DNA of 64,000 nt from an uncultured Chloroflexia bacterium (GTDB lineage: Bacteria; Chloroflexota; Limnocylindria; Limnocylindrales; CSP1-4): the NCBI GenBank assembly GCA_963828165.1, contig CAWHDR010000005.1, positions 192,001 through 256,000 of the forward strand, in the 5' to 3' direction. The position numbers and the translations under genes were made by a program. Below the pieces are notes generated by a model, which made no database searches, was not told the DNA's origin, and saw only the letters and a program-made list of their open reading frames with translations. Of this stretch, positions 28,578-38,418 are shown one piece after another; position 1 is the stretch's first letter, and each line of letters starts with the position of its first letter.

Positions 28578-29660
28578 ATGCGCCGACCCCCTGAACGTCG
28601 GGTCGTCCTCGCGGACGTCGCCCGGCTCGCCGACACCTCCGAGGCGACGGCGTCGCGCGCCCTCAAGCACGATCCCAGGATCGGCGAGGCGACCCGCGCC
28701 GCCGTGCATGCCGCAGCCGCAAAGCTCGGCTACGTCCCCAATGCCGCGGCTCGCAGCCTGCGGGCGCAACGCACCCACATCCTGGGGATCCTGCTCGACG
28801 ACCTTGCCGACCCGGTCCACGCCAAGGTCGCGGCGGGCTTCGAGGAAGCGGCCGCCAGCCAGGGCTACGCGGTCTTCATCATGACGGGTCTGCACGACGG
28901 GGCCCGCGAACAGCGGGCATTGACGGCCTTCGTCGAGCACCGCGCCGACGGGATCATCGTCGCATCCTGCGTCAGCGACCCTGCCGACGTGCTGGCCCGG
29001 GTCCGGGCCGATCGCGTGGTCTTCGTCCAGCCGGACTACCCGGCCCTCGCCGACGGCGCCGAGCCGCCAGCTCGCGGCGTCGTCCGGACGGACGACCGCG
29101 CGGGAGTGGCTGCGACCGTGCGACACCTCGCCGAACGTGGGTACCGGCGCCTGAGTTATGCCGGCCCGAGCGGCTGGTCCTCCAATGCGTGGCGGCGTGC
29201 AGCCGCCACCGCCACCGTCGAGGAGCTCGGACTCGGACCGCTCCGCTTCATCGACGTCGCCGTGGACGCCTGGCGGGATGCGTCGGGCCTGGCCCTGACC
29301 CTCGCCGCCGAGCCTCCCGACGCCGTGCTGTGCTACGACGACAAGCTCGCCCTCGGCCTGCTCGACGCGCTGCGCTCGACGAGCCTGGCGGTGCCCGAGG
29401 ACCTGGCGGTGGTTGGCTTCGACGGGATCCCGGCGGCTCGTCAGTCCTGGCCACGGCTGACGACCGTGGAGGTCCCATCCGTGGAGGTCGGCCGACACGC
29501 GGTCGAGATGTTGATCTCGTCGGTGCGCGATGGCCGGATGCCGGCCTCGGAGGTCCTCCCGGTGAGCCTGGTGGTCGGCGACAGCACGCCGCCGCGCGCT
29601 CCGCGGAGCGACGGCCGCAGCGGGCGGGCGGCGGTCGCCAGCACCCCCGGACGCGGATGA
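28578..29660 (+). CDS. LacI family regulator
   Basis: LADVARLADTSEATASRAL, YVPNAAARSL, VVGFDG. Confidence 0.93.
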   Translation: MRRPPERRVVLADVARLADTSEATASRALKHDPRIGEATRAAVHAAAAKLGYVPNAAARSLRAQRTHILGILLDDLADPVHAKVAAGFEEAAASQGYAVFIMTGLHDGAREQRALTAFVEHRADGIIVASCVSDPADVLARVRADRVVFVQPDYPALADGAEPPARGVVRTDDRAGVAATVRHLAERGYRRLSYAGPSGWSSNAWRRAAATATVEELGLGPLRFIDVAVDAWRDASGLALTLAAEPPDAVLCYDDKLALGLLDALRSTSLAVPEDLAVVGFDGIPAARQSWPRLTTVEVPSVEVGRHAVEMLISSVRDGRMPASEVLPVSLVVGDSTPPRAPRSDGRSGRAAVASTPGRG

Positions 29661-30811
29661 CCGGGCCCGGCGCCGCACCCGCGATCGAGCTCGTCAACGT
29701 GACGAAGCGCTACGGCGAGGCCGTCGCGCTCGATGGCGTCTCGCTCCAGATCGAGTCGGGCGAGTTCTTCTGCCTGCTGGGCCCGTCCGGGTGCGGGAAG
29801 ACCACCACGCTCAACCTGATCGGCGGGTTCATCCCGCTCACGTCTGGCGAGCTGCACATCGACGGGCAGCGGGTCAACGACCTGCCCCCGCACCAGCGCG
29901 ACGTGAACACCGTGTTCCAGAACTACGCGCTCTTCCCGCACATGTCCGTCGCCGACAACGTCGCGTTCGGGCTGCGGATGGAAAGCCTGCCGGACGACGA
30001 GATCGGCCGGCGCGTCGGCGAGTACCTCGAGCTGGTCGGCCTGGCCGAATACCGCGACCGGTACCCAGGCCAGCTGTCGGGTGGACAGGCGCAGCGGGTC
30101 GCCCTTGCCCGGGCGCTCGCGAAGCGACCGACCGTCCTGCTCCTCGACGAGCCGCTGGGAGCGCTCGATCTCAAGCTCCGCAAGCAGATGCAGGTCGAGC
30201 TGGCGCGGATCCACCGCCAGGTCGGTACGACCTTCGTGTTCGTGACCCACGACCAGGAAGAGGCCCTCTCCATGGCGACGCGGATCGCGGTCATGGCCGG
30301 CGGCCATGTTCGCCAGATCGGGACGCCGCGTGAGATCTACCTGGGGCCGGTCGACCGGTTCGTCGCCGACTTCATCGGCGAATCGAACTTCCTCGACGGT
30401 CGCGTCGCCTCGAACGGCCAGGGACCCGCCTTCCAGCTGAGCGACGGGACGGTCGTCCCCATCCCGACGGAGGCCGGAGGGACGCAGGACGATCGAGTGG
30501 CGTTGATGATCCGGCCCGAGTCGGTCGGCGTCGGCCGGGCGGCGCCTCGCGGAACGACGCCGAACGTCGTCATCGACGGCCGGGCAACGAACGTCGCATT
30601 CATGGGTAACCACACCAGGATCACGGTCCAGACCGACGCCGGGATCCTCGTCGCGCTTCGGTTCCATGGCGAGTCGGACGAGCAGGCTGTCGAGGAGGAG
30701 ATGTTGGATCAAGAGGTGCACGTTTGGTGGGATCCGCGCGAATCAACGGTCGTCGCAGCCGGCGACCTTCGGGGATCGAAGGAAGAGTCTCGAGGAGGTC
30801 CTGAGGGATGA
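29657..30811 (+). CDS. Polyamine-type ABC transporter ATPase (PotA-like)
   Basis: GPSGCGKT, VNTVFQNYALFPH, LSGGQ, DEPLGALD. Confidence 0.92.
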   Translation: MTGPGAAPAIELVNVTKRYGEAVALDGVSLQIESGEFFCLLGPSGCGKTTTLNLIGGFIPLTSGELHIDGQRVNDLPPHQRDVNTVFQNYALFPHMSVADNVAFGLRMESLPDDEIGRRVGEYLELVGLAEYRDRYPGQLSGGQAQRVALARALAKRPTVLLLDEPLGALDLKLRKQMQVELARIHRQVGTTFVFVTHDQEEALSMATRIAVMAGGHVRQIGTPREIYLGPVDRFVADFIGESNFLDGRVASNGQGPAFQLSDGTVVPIPTEAGGTQDDRVALMIRPESVGVGRAAPRGTTPNVVIDGRATNVAFMGNHTRITVQTDAGILVALRFHGESDEQAVEEEMLDQEVHVWWDPRESTVVAAGDLRGSKEESRGGPEG

Positions 30812-31926
30812 ACGCGATCGACAATCAACTGTCACGGCGTCGATTTCTCCAGGCGTCGGCGGCCGTCGGAGCCGCAGTCTCGCTGGGCGGGATCAGCGCC
30901 GCCTGCAATGCCATCGGCGGGCCGGCGGTGACGGGTGGGACGTTCAACTGGATGACCTGGGGCGACCACTACATCGACACGCAGCTCAAGGCCATCGAAA
31001 CGTCCGACAAGATCGTGGCCCAGATCAGTGAGCTCGCCGGCAACGCCGAGGGGTTCGCCAAGCTGAAGGAGGTCAAGGGCGAGCTGGACATGATCTCGGG
31101 CGACGCCCTGTGGGTGCCCGATGCCTACTTCGCCGAAGGGCTCATCGAGCCGTTCGACATCGGCTCGCTGAAGGTCTCCTCCCAGCTGTACTCGTTCGCG
31201 CGGGAGTTCGACATCTGGACGACACCCGACGGCTACCTCGGCTACCCGTTCGGCTGGTCGCCGATCAGCATCTACTACAACGTGGCTGAGGTCAGCCCGG
31301 CACCCGACTCGTGGGCCGTGCTCCTCGATCCCAAGTACAAGGGGCGCATCGTCATCGAGAACCAGCCCGAAGAGATCGTCGCGTACATGGGCAAGGCCTC
31401 CGGCGTCGACGACGTCTACAACATGACCGACGACCAGCTCGCGACGGTCAAAGGACTGCTCGAACAGCTCAAGCCCAACGTGCTGAAGTTCGCGCAGCAG
31501 GCCACCGACAGCGTCAACGCCATGACGACCGGAGAGGCGTGGCTCATCACCGGCAACCTCGGCAACGAGGACCGGGTGAAGGACGCCGGAGGGCCGGAGA
31601 TCAAGGGCTTCATCCCCAAGGAAGGCACCGTCGGCTGGATGGATGCCGAGATGATCGTCAAGGACGGTGCCAACAAGGCGCTGCTCTTCCCGTACCTGGA
31701 GAAGGCCGAGGTGGCCGAGAACATCGCCGCCAACTTCATCACTCATGGCCGACCACTCTTCAACGAGGCGGCCTACCAGGTCCTGGTCAATCAGGGTGAG
31801 CAGGACCGTGCCGACCGGTATCTCTACAACAAGGCCGAAGAGACCCTGGCCAAGACGACCCTGAAGGGCCCCGGTACCTCGACCGAGAAGTCGATCCAGC
31901 TCTTCAACGAAGTCTTCGGAGCGTAG
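30808..31926 (+). CDS. PotD-like solute-binding lipoprotein, Tat signal
   Basis: SRRRFLQ...SAAC, PKEGTVGWMD. Confidence 0.85.
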   Translation: MNAIDNQLSRRRFLQASAAVGAAVSLGGISAACNAIGGPAVTGGTFNWMTWGDHYIDTQLKAIETSDKIVAQISELAGNAEGFAKLKEVKGELDMISGDALWVPDAYFAEGLIEPFDIGSLKVSSQLYSFAREFDIWTTPDGYLGYPFGWSPISIYYNVAEVSPAPDSWAVLLDPKYKGRIVIENQPEEIVAYMGKASGVDDVYNMTDDQLATVKGLLEQLKPNVLKFAQQATDSVNAMTTGEAWLITGNLGNEDRVKDAGGPEIKGFIPKEGTVGWMDAEMIVKDGANKALLFPYLEKAEVAENIAANFITHGRPLFNEAAYQVLVNQGEQDRADRYLYNKAEETLAKTTLKGPGTSTEKSIQLFNEVFGA

Positions 31927-31936
31927 TCCGCCGACC

Positions 31937-32854
31937 ATGGCGACCGAGATCGTCGGCGGGACCGCACTGGCCCCGCCGACGGCGATCGGCTCGAGGCGGG
32001 GTGCCCGCCTGCGTCAGCTGGCGCCGTTCGTTCCGGCGGCGGTCATCATCGTCGGCCTGTTCCTGGTTCCCCTTGCCTTGATGTTCGCGTTCTCGTTCTG
32101 GTCGACGGACGAGAATCTCGATGTCATCCCCGTCTGGACGCTCGAGAACTACCAGAACTTCTTCACGAACCCGACCTACGTCCGAACGCTCTTCAAGACC
32201 ATGGTGATCGGGACCGGGGTCACCGCCGTGTGTCTCGCCGTCGCGTTCGCCGTCGCCTACTTCCTGGCTCGCTACGTTTCGCGGCAGTGGGCGCGGATCG
32301 CCCTCCTCGTGATCATCGTCCCGTTCTGGACGAGCTACCTGCTTCGCGTGTACTCATGGCAGGCGATCCTGGGTGAGCGCGGCGCCCTCAACCAGGTCCT
32401 CGTGGGGCTCGGGATCATCGATGAGCCGTCACTGCTGTTCGTCTACAACGACTTCGGGACATTCATCGTGCTGGTGTACCTGTACATCCCGTTCGCGGCC
32501 CTCGTCCTCTACGCGTCGCTCGAGCGGTTCGATTTCACGCAGCTGACGGCAGCGCAGGACCTCGGAGCGAGCCCGGTCGCCGCGTTCCGACACGTGCTGC
32601 TGCCGCAGATCCGGCCGGGCCTGATCACGGCCTGCATCTTCGTCTTCATCCCGATCCTGGGCGAGTTCCTGACGCCCTCGATGGTCGGGGGCGCCCAGGG
32701 CCTGCTGATCGCCAACCTCCTGGCCAACTTCTTCAAGAACGCGCTCATCCCCGAGGGTGCGGCCGTGGGATTCCTGATCGCGGCATTCGTCACGGTGCTG
32801 CTGATCGTGTTCCGTCGTTACCTCCGGGTCGAGGACGTGGTGGTCCGTGGCTAA
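31937..32854 (+). CDS. ABC permease (PotB-like)
   Basis: PFWTSYLLRVYSW, AAQDLGA. Confidence 0.9.
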   Translation: MATEIVGGTALAPPTAIGSRRGARLRQLAPFVPAAVIIVGLFLVPLALMFAFSFWSTDENLDVIPVWTLENYQNFFTNPTYVRTLFKTMVIGTGVTAVCLAVAFAVAYFLARYVSRQWARIALLVIIVPFWTSYLLRVYSWQAILGERGALNQVLVGLGIIDEPSLLFVYNDFGTFIVLVYLYIPFAALVLYASLERFDFTQLTAAQDLGASPVAAFRHVLLPQIRPGLITACIFVFIPILGEFLTPSMVGGAQGLLIANLLANFFKNALIPEGAAVGFLIAAFVTVLLIVFRRYLRVEDVVVRG

Positions 32855-33710
32855 CCGGGTCGATCCGCTCGAGACGATGCCCGTCAGCCGCCACGGGGGC
32901 ACGGTGCGTTGGTCGTTGCGGCTGGTCTTCGGGGCATTGATCGTGTTCCTGTACCTGCCGATCGTCTTCATGATCGTCTTCTCGTTCGACGAGGGCGCCA
33001 CTCCGGGCCTGCCGATCACGGGCTTCACGCTCCACTGGTACGAGGCGATGCTCAACAACCGGGTCCTGCTCCGGGCGGTGGGCAATTCGGTCATCGTGGC
33101 CGTCATCGTCTCGATCCTGGCGACGATCATCGGGACGATGGCCGCCTTCGTCCTGGTCCGCGCCCGCGTCCGCTTTCCGAACGCCATGCGGATCGCATTC
33201 ACCCTTCCGATCATGGTCCCAGGCGTCCTGATCGGCGTGTCGTTGCTGATCTACTTCGCGCGGGTGCTGGACCTGTCCCTGTCGCTGGCGACCGTGATCG
33301 CCGGGCACCTCGTCGTCACCGTGCCGTTCGTGGTCCTCATCGTCGCCAGCCGGCTGCAAAGCTTCGACCGGTACCTCGAGTGGGCAGCCGCGGACCTTGG
33401 GGCGTCACCCCGCCAGGCGATCCGGCACATCGTGCTGCCGCTCATCGCCCCGGCGATCCTGGCCGGCGCGCTCATCAGCGTGACGCTGTCGATCGACGAG
33501 TTCGTCATCACCTGGTTCACGGTCGGCTCCCAGCCCACCCTGCCGACCTTCATCTACACCAGGGTGAAGTTCGGAGTCACCCCGGAAGTCAACGCCGTTG
33601 CCACGGTCATGCTGGTCGCGACCCTCGGGACGCTCGGTCTGGCCGGGGTCGCGCTGGGACGCGCCCGGCGCGTGACCGGGCGGATGCGGCGGCGGCGGCA
33701 AGCCCCCTGA
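32847..33710 (+). CDS. ABC permease (PotC-like)
   Basis: FLYLPI, GFTLHWY, SIDEF, TPEVNA. Confidence 0.9.
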   Translation: MANRVDPLETMPVSRHGGTVRWSLRLVFGALIVFLYLPIVFMIVFSFDEGATPGLPITGFTLHWYEAMLNNRVLLRAVGNSVIVAVIVSILATIIGTMAAFVLVRARVRFPNAMRIAFTLPIMVPGVLIGVSLLIYFARVLDLSLSLATVIAGHLVVTVPFVVLIVASRLQSFDRYLEWAAADLGASPRQAIRHIVLPLIAPAILAGALISVTLSIDEFVITWFTVGSQPTLPTFIYTRVKFGVTPEVNAVATVMLVATLGTLGLAGVALGRARRVTGRMRRRRQAP

Positions 33711-34738
33711 TGCGGGCCGCGGTCTTCAAGGGCGCCGGCGTCCTCGCGCTCGAGGACGTCCCGGAGCCGGTCGTCGAGGCGGACGATGACGTGATCATCG
33801 AAGTCGAGGCGTGCGGGATCTGTGGCAGCGACCTCCAGATCCTCAACGTCCCGCCGGGTCACCCGGCGGACCCCGGCGTGATCCTGGGTCATGAGTTCAT
33901 CGGCCGCGTCCGCGCGTTGGGAAGCAGCGCGGGTGCCGGCGCGCTCGAGGTCGGCCAGCGCGTCGTCGTCGACCCCGACCCAAAGTGCGGCATGTGCGGT
34001 CCGTGCCGCGCGGGACGCCCGGCCAGCTGCGAGAACATCCGCGCGCTGGGCGTCTTCCAGCATGGCGCACTGGCGCCGCTGATCAAGGCGCCGGCCGAGT
34101 TCACGTTCCCGCTCTCGGACGCGCCGTCGTCGGCGATCGCGTCGCTCATCGAGCCGCTGGCGTGCGTGGTCAACAGTGTCAACAAGGCGAACCCACGGCC
34201 TGGTGAGTCGGCGATCATCTTCGGCGCGGGTGCGATCGGCTGCCTCTTCCTGGCGATGTTCAAGGCGGCCGGCGCAGCCCCGGTCATCGTGGTCGAGCCG
34301 CAGGCCCCACGCGCGGCCGTCGCGAGGGCGGTCGGAGCGGACCTCGTGGTCACGCCGGACGAGCTGGACGCCGCTCGCCGTGCGCTCTTGCCGCATGGCG
34401 CGGATGTCATCGTCGATGCCGTGGGCAGCCAGCTCGGGACGGCCATCGAACACGCGGCTCTCGGCGGGCGCATCGCCCTGTTCGGGATGAACCAGACGGC
34501 TCGACCAGCGGTCGAGCAGTACACGATCACCGAGCGCTCGCTGTCGGTCCTCGGCACCTACATCACGGCCTTCACCTTCCCGACCGCGATCCGGCTGGTG
34601 GAGGGCGGCACGCTGCCGCTGGAGCCGATCGTGACGCATGTCCTGCCGCTGGACCGCGTGAGTGAGGGGCTCGAGCTGTTGCGCTCCGGGACGGCGACCA
34701 AGGTGGTCATCACGCCCGCCGCTGCATCGGCTTCGTGA
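33710..34738 (+). CDS. Zn-dependent alcohol/polyol dehydrogenase
   Basis: CGICGSD, GHEF, CxxCxxC, GAGAIG; TGATG coupling. Confidence 0.9.
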   Translation: MRAAVFKGAGVLALEDVPEPVVEADDDVIIEVEACGICGSDLQILNVPPGHPADPGVILGHEFIGRVRALGSSAGAGALEVGQRVVVDPDPKCGMCGPCRAGRPASCENIRALGVFQHGALAPLIKAPAEFTFPLSDAPSSAIASLIEPLACVVNSVNKANPRPGESAIIFGAGAIGCLFLAMFKAAGAAPVIVVEPQAPRAAVARAVGADLVVTPDELDAARRALLPHGADVIVDAVGSQLGTAIEHAALGGRIALFGMNQTARPAVEQYTITERSLSVLGTYITAFTFPTAIRLVEGGTLPLEPIVTHVLPLDRVSEGLELLRSGTATKVVITPAAASAS

Positions 34739-34824
34739 GCGCGCGGATCCTGGAGTCAGCCTCCAGGCGGCCGTCCGGGGGGCCGCCCGGTTCAGGCGCT
34801 CCGTCCTGAACGGCTGAGCGCCGG

Positions 34825-36135
34825 TCAGGCGGGGATCGGCGGCGCCCCGACCGTCTCCATGATCCGCTCGGGATCCGCGAGCACCTCGCGGATGGTCGCT
34901 GCGTAGGCCTCGATCACCTCCATTGGCTGGACGAAGATCGGGTGCTTCATGTCGCAGATCACGAGCGACGAATCGAGCAGTGCCGTCGCCTCCGGGTAGT
35001 CCGCGACGTCATACGTGATGTCGCGGCCGGCCGGGGGCTGGGTCCACGGGAACTGGCCGCCGAAGCCCTCGCGGTTCTGGAAGACCGGGAAGGCCGGCGC
35101 CGGTTCGGTATGCCACAGCTCACAGCCGACGCCGAGCGCCTGCAGGGTCTGGCCGAGCGCATCCCGGAAGACGGTGGGCTCGAGGTGACCGAGACCGATC
35201 GCGGCGGGATCCAGGCGAACGCGGTACTCGTAGAAGCTCGATGTTCGATCCGGCGGGATGTACGGCGGCGTGATGCCCGGCAGGTCTGTCAGCTGCTCGG
35301 TCAGGTACGCGGCGTTCCGCTGACCAGTGGCGACGTACTCAGGCAGGCGCTGCAGCTGCGAGCGCGCCAACGCCGCGGGCATCTCCTGGTGGCGATAGTT
35401 CCAGCCGACCGAATGCACCGTGTAGGGCCGGAAGTTCCAGCCGGTCAGCTTGCCGAGCTCCGGGATGTCCTCGCCGAACGTGCGCAGCCGCCGCGCCCGC
35501 TGGATGATGTCCGGATCGTCGGCGACGAACAGGCCGCCCTCGCCACCGGTCAGGATCTTGCTCGAGTTCAAGCTGTAACAGCCGACCGTGCCCATGGACC
35601 CGACCTGGCGTCCCTTGTACGTGGCGCCGTGCGCCTGGCAGGCATCCTCGACGACGTGGAGCCCGTGTCGGCCGGCGATGTCCAGGATCTCGTCCATGTC
35701 GCAGGGCAGGCCCTGGATGTGGACCGCGATGATCGCCCGGGTCCGCGGGCTGATCTTGGCCTCGATCTGGCGGGCGTCGAGCGTGTACGTCCGCGGATCG
35801 ATGTCGACGAAGACGGGGATGCCGAGCTGCTGGAGGATCGGTTGCCACGTCCCGGCGAAGGTGAACGAGGTCGTGATGACCTCGTCGCCCGGCCGCAGGT
35901 CGATGCCGTAGAGAGCGGCATGGATCGCGGCCGTTCCGGAGTTGAAGAGGAGACCGGTGGAGCGCCCGACGAACGCGGCCCATTCGTTCTCGAGGGCCGT
36001 CGATTCTGGCGCGCCGACGCCACCGAGGATCTCACGGTCGAGCACCGCCATGACCGCGGCCTTGTCCTCAGGGCGGATGTCGGGCCAGCGGCGCTTCAGC
36101 CCCTCGGGGACACGGGTGCCGTTGCGGGATTCCAT
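34825..36135 (-). CDS. DegT/StrS-family aminotransferase (inosose aminotransferase-like)
   Basis: NSGTAAIH, EDACQAHG, SLNSSKILTGGEGG. Confidence 0.88.
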   Translation of the reverse strand: MESRNGTRVPEGLKRRWPDIRPEDKAAVMAVLDREILGGVGAPESTALENEWAAFVGRSTGLLFNSGTAAIHAALYGIDLRPGDEVITTSFTFAGTWQPILQQLGIPVFVDIDPRTYTLDARQIEAKISPRTRAIIAVHIQGLPCDMDEILDIAGRHGLHVVEDACQAHGATYKGRQVGSMGTVGCYSLNSSKILTGGEGGLFVADDPDIIQRARRLRTFGEDIPELGKLTGWNFRPYTVHSVGWNYRHQEMPAALARSQLQRLPEYVATGQRNAAYLTEQLTDLPGITPPYIPPDRTSSFYEYRVRLDPAAIGLGHLEPTVFRDALGQTLQALGVGCELWHTEPAPAFPVFQNREGFGGQFPWTQPPAGRDITYDVADYPEATALLDSSLVICDMKHPIFVQPMEVIEAYAATIREVLADPERIMETVGAPPIPA

Positions 36136-36217
36136 GGGTGGGGGTCCGTTCTGGTGCGGCGTGACGGTCGCTCGATCGTACAGCACGGCGCCCTCGCAGA
36201 AGGGGCCGTCCCGCCCC

Positions 36218-37099
36218 TTACGCGGTTCCGTTCCGGCCGAACGGCAAGCGCGGATCGACCGCCTGATCCGCCCAGCTCGCGCGGACCCAGGCATGTGCCG
36301 GGTCGTCGCAGGCACGCCATTCGCGCTCGCCCGGTCCCGCCATCACGTTGAGGTAGTAGAGGTCGTATCCCGGGGCGGCCATCGCCGGGCCGTGCCAGCC
36401 GTGCGGGACCAGGACGACGTCGCCGGTCCGGACCGTCGTGAGCAGGTCGATCGGGCGATCGGGCGTCCCGTAGACGTGCTGGTACGCGAGCCCGGGGCCC
36501 CCCGGACCATCCGCCACGACGTAGTGGTAGATCTCCTCGAGCTCGGTCTCGTCCGCGCGTTGCTCATCGTGCTTGTGGGGTGGATACGACCCCCAATTGC
36601 CGCCCGGGCTCAGCACTTCGACGGCGATGAGCCGGTCCGCATCGAATCCGTCCGGCCTGGCGAAGTTGCGGACCTCGCGGGAGCTGACACCCGCCCCGCG
36701 CAGCTCGATGCCGACCGCTGACGCCGGCACGTGGCGCACCGGATAGCGCGGCTCGGCGCGGGCGGTCGTGACCGCGAAACGGCCTCCCGCGGCGCTCTCG
36801 ACGTGGATCGCCGTCCCCGGGGGCGCGTACAGGAAGTCGGTCGGGCCGGCCCACACGCTGGGCCGCCCGGCCAGGCCATAGCGCTCACCGTCGGCCACGA
36901 CGTCGAACGTCCCCTCGAGCGGGAGCACGGCGACCTCGTCGACTCCGGTGTCGAACGCCAGCGAGCCGCCCGGTTCGAGGACACCGACGCGTAACCCCGA
37001 AAAGCTCCAGCCCGCCGACTCAGGTGTCAGGACCACAGACCAGCCGTCCGCCGCCAGCGATCCGGCGGGGCGGTAGAGGTCTGTCGCGACCTCGGTCAC
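36218..37099 (-). CDS. iolB: 5-deoxy-glucuronate isomerase
   Basis: GNWGSYPPHKHD, LEEIY, YDLYYLNVMAGP. Confidence 0.95.
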   Translation of the reverse strand: MTEVATDLYRPAGSLAADGWSVVLTPESAGWSFSGLRVGVLEPGGSLAFDTGVDEVAVLPLEGTFDVVADGERYGLAGRPSVWAGPTDFLYAPPGTAIHVESAAGGRFAVTTARAEPRYPVRHVPASAVGIELRGAGVSSREVRNFARPDGFDADRLIAVEVLSPGGNWGSYPPHKHDEQRADETELEEIYHYVVADGPGGPGLAYQHVYGTPDRPIDLLTTVRTGDVVLVPHGWHGPAMAAPGYDLYYLNVMAGPGEREWRACDDPAHAWVRASWADQAVDPRLPFGRNGTA

Positions 37100-38226
37100 G
37101 ACGGCGTCGCGAGATCCGGATTCGGGACGAGCGCGTCGGCGACGTGGTGGAGCAGATCGTGATACGACCCGACGAATGCCCGGAGCGTCCGAGCGCTGGG
37201 ACCGAACGTATCGAACTCATCGGGCGTCATGCCATCGGGCTCGTAGGCGCGGACGAAATCCGGGAAGCGGCTTTGCAGCTCGTCGAGGATCGCCGGATGA
37301 ATCGGGTCGTCCATCCGCGGCCGAACCTCGATCGACGATGCATTGAACCGGCGCTGCCAGGCGGCCGGCATGGTCAGCACGACGTCCCCGCCGATGAGCT
37401 CCGACCAATGCAGGTGGTGCCGGATCGCGGCCCCCAGCGGTCGGGCCCGGAGGCCGCGCGCCCGGAATTCGGCCACGGTGCGCTTGAAGACGGCGACGCC
37501 GGACCACGGGATAGCCGCTGGGTCCGCGACGATCCCATCACGTTCGGTCTGGACCTTCAGCCAGTCCTCGAGCCGGCCCATCATCACCGTGATGACCGGG
37601 CCCATGTCGTCCACCGGCAGGCCCTTGGCCTCGCGCCGTCGCAGACCGCGCTCGACGGCCTCGCCGGCCGCGACGGCCTGGGGGACGCTGAAGGACACCG
37701 TGGCGTTGACGTTGACACCGCGGTAGGTCGCCTCCTCCATGACCCGCACCCCGACCATGGTGGCCGGGAACTTGACGATGATGTTGGGCGCCAGCGAGGC
37801 GAAGTGCTCCCCCTGAGCGAGCATCCGATCGAACGAGCGGAACAGGGTGGGATCGGTCTGCATCGACAGCCGGCCCCCCCGCCCCCCGGACGCCTCGAAG
37901 GCGGGCAAGAGCAGGGGCGCTGCGCGGAGCGACATCTCCTCGACGATCGCCCAGGCCAGATCGATCTCGGTGGCATCCGGGAGCTGTTCGGCGAGTGTCC
38001 GGACCCGGCCGCGCCAGCGCTCCGGATCGGCCTTCCAGACGTCCACCACGATCGTCGGATTTGCGGTGGCGCCGACCGCCCCGAACGAGATCGCGTATTC
38101 AAGCTCGTCAACGGCGCAGGAATCGTTCCAGATGTCGGTTCCGGTCGTGGCGATCGTCCGCCCGAGCGGGCTGTCCGCGAGCGCCGACCCGGCGCCCTTG
38201 ACCATCGTCTCCGCAGGCCCTGCCAC
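37096..38226 (-). CDS. Transaldolase family protein
   Basis: WNDS, GATANP, IVKFPAT, NVNATVSF. Confidence 0.85.
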   Translation of the reverse strand: MAGPAETMVKGAGSALADSPLGRTIATTGTDIWNDSCAVDELEYAISFGAVGATANPTIVVDVWKADPERWRGRVRTLAEQLPDATEIDLAWAIVEEMSLRAAPLLLPAFEASGGRGGRLSMQTDPTLFRSFDRMLAQGEHFASLAPNIIVKFPATMVGVRVMEEATYRGVNVNATVSFSVPQAVAAGEAVERGLRRREAKGLPVDDMGPVITVMMGRLEDWLKVQTERDGIVADPAAIPWSGVAVFKRTVAEFRARGLRARPLGAAIRHHLHWSELIGGDVVLTMPAAWQRRFNASSIEVRPRMDDPIHPAILDELQSRFPDFVRAYEPDGMTPDEFDTFGPSARTLRAFVGSYHDLLHHVADALVPNPDLATPS

Positions 38227-38251
38227 GTTCCATCCTCCCGCCGATCCGGCA

Positions 38252-38305
38252 TTGACACTCGTTGGGGCCTACGATACCGTCCGCGGACAAGCGTAATCGA
38301 TTACG
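38252..38305 (+). promoter_or_regulatory. Promoter plus perfect palindromic LacI-type operator
   Basis: TTGACA-17-TACCGT, then CGTAATCGATTACG at 38292-38305. Confidence 0.75.
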
Positions 38306-38418
38306 TCGCACGCGCAAGGAGGGGCGTTGACCCGGTCGTCAGCGCGTCGCGCAGGCACCAGCCTCCCGTCCGCGGCCGCACGCACGTCGGTCCCAAGCAC
38401 GGCGGAGGGAGCCTGCGG

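Noticed and set aside
16973-36135. Aminoglycoside biosynthetic cluster
   Set aside because: No DOI synthase, glycosyltransferase, resistance or export genes; importers and ring-cleavage enzymes point to catabolism.
37024-38418. N-terminal part of the 1133-aa ORF
   Set aside because: Antisense shadow of the transaldolase gene; the real start is ATG 38419, after the promoter, operator and SD.
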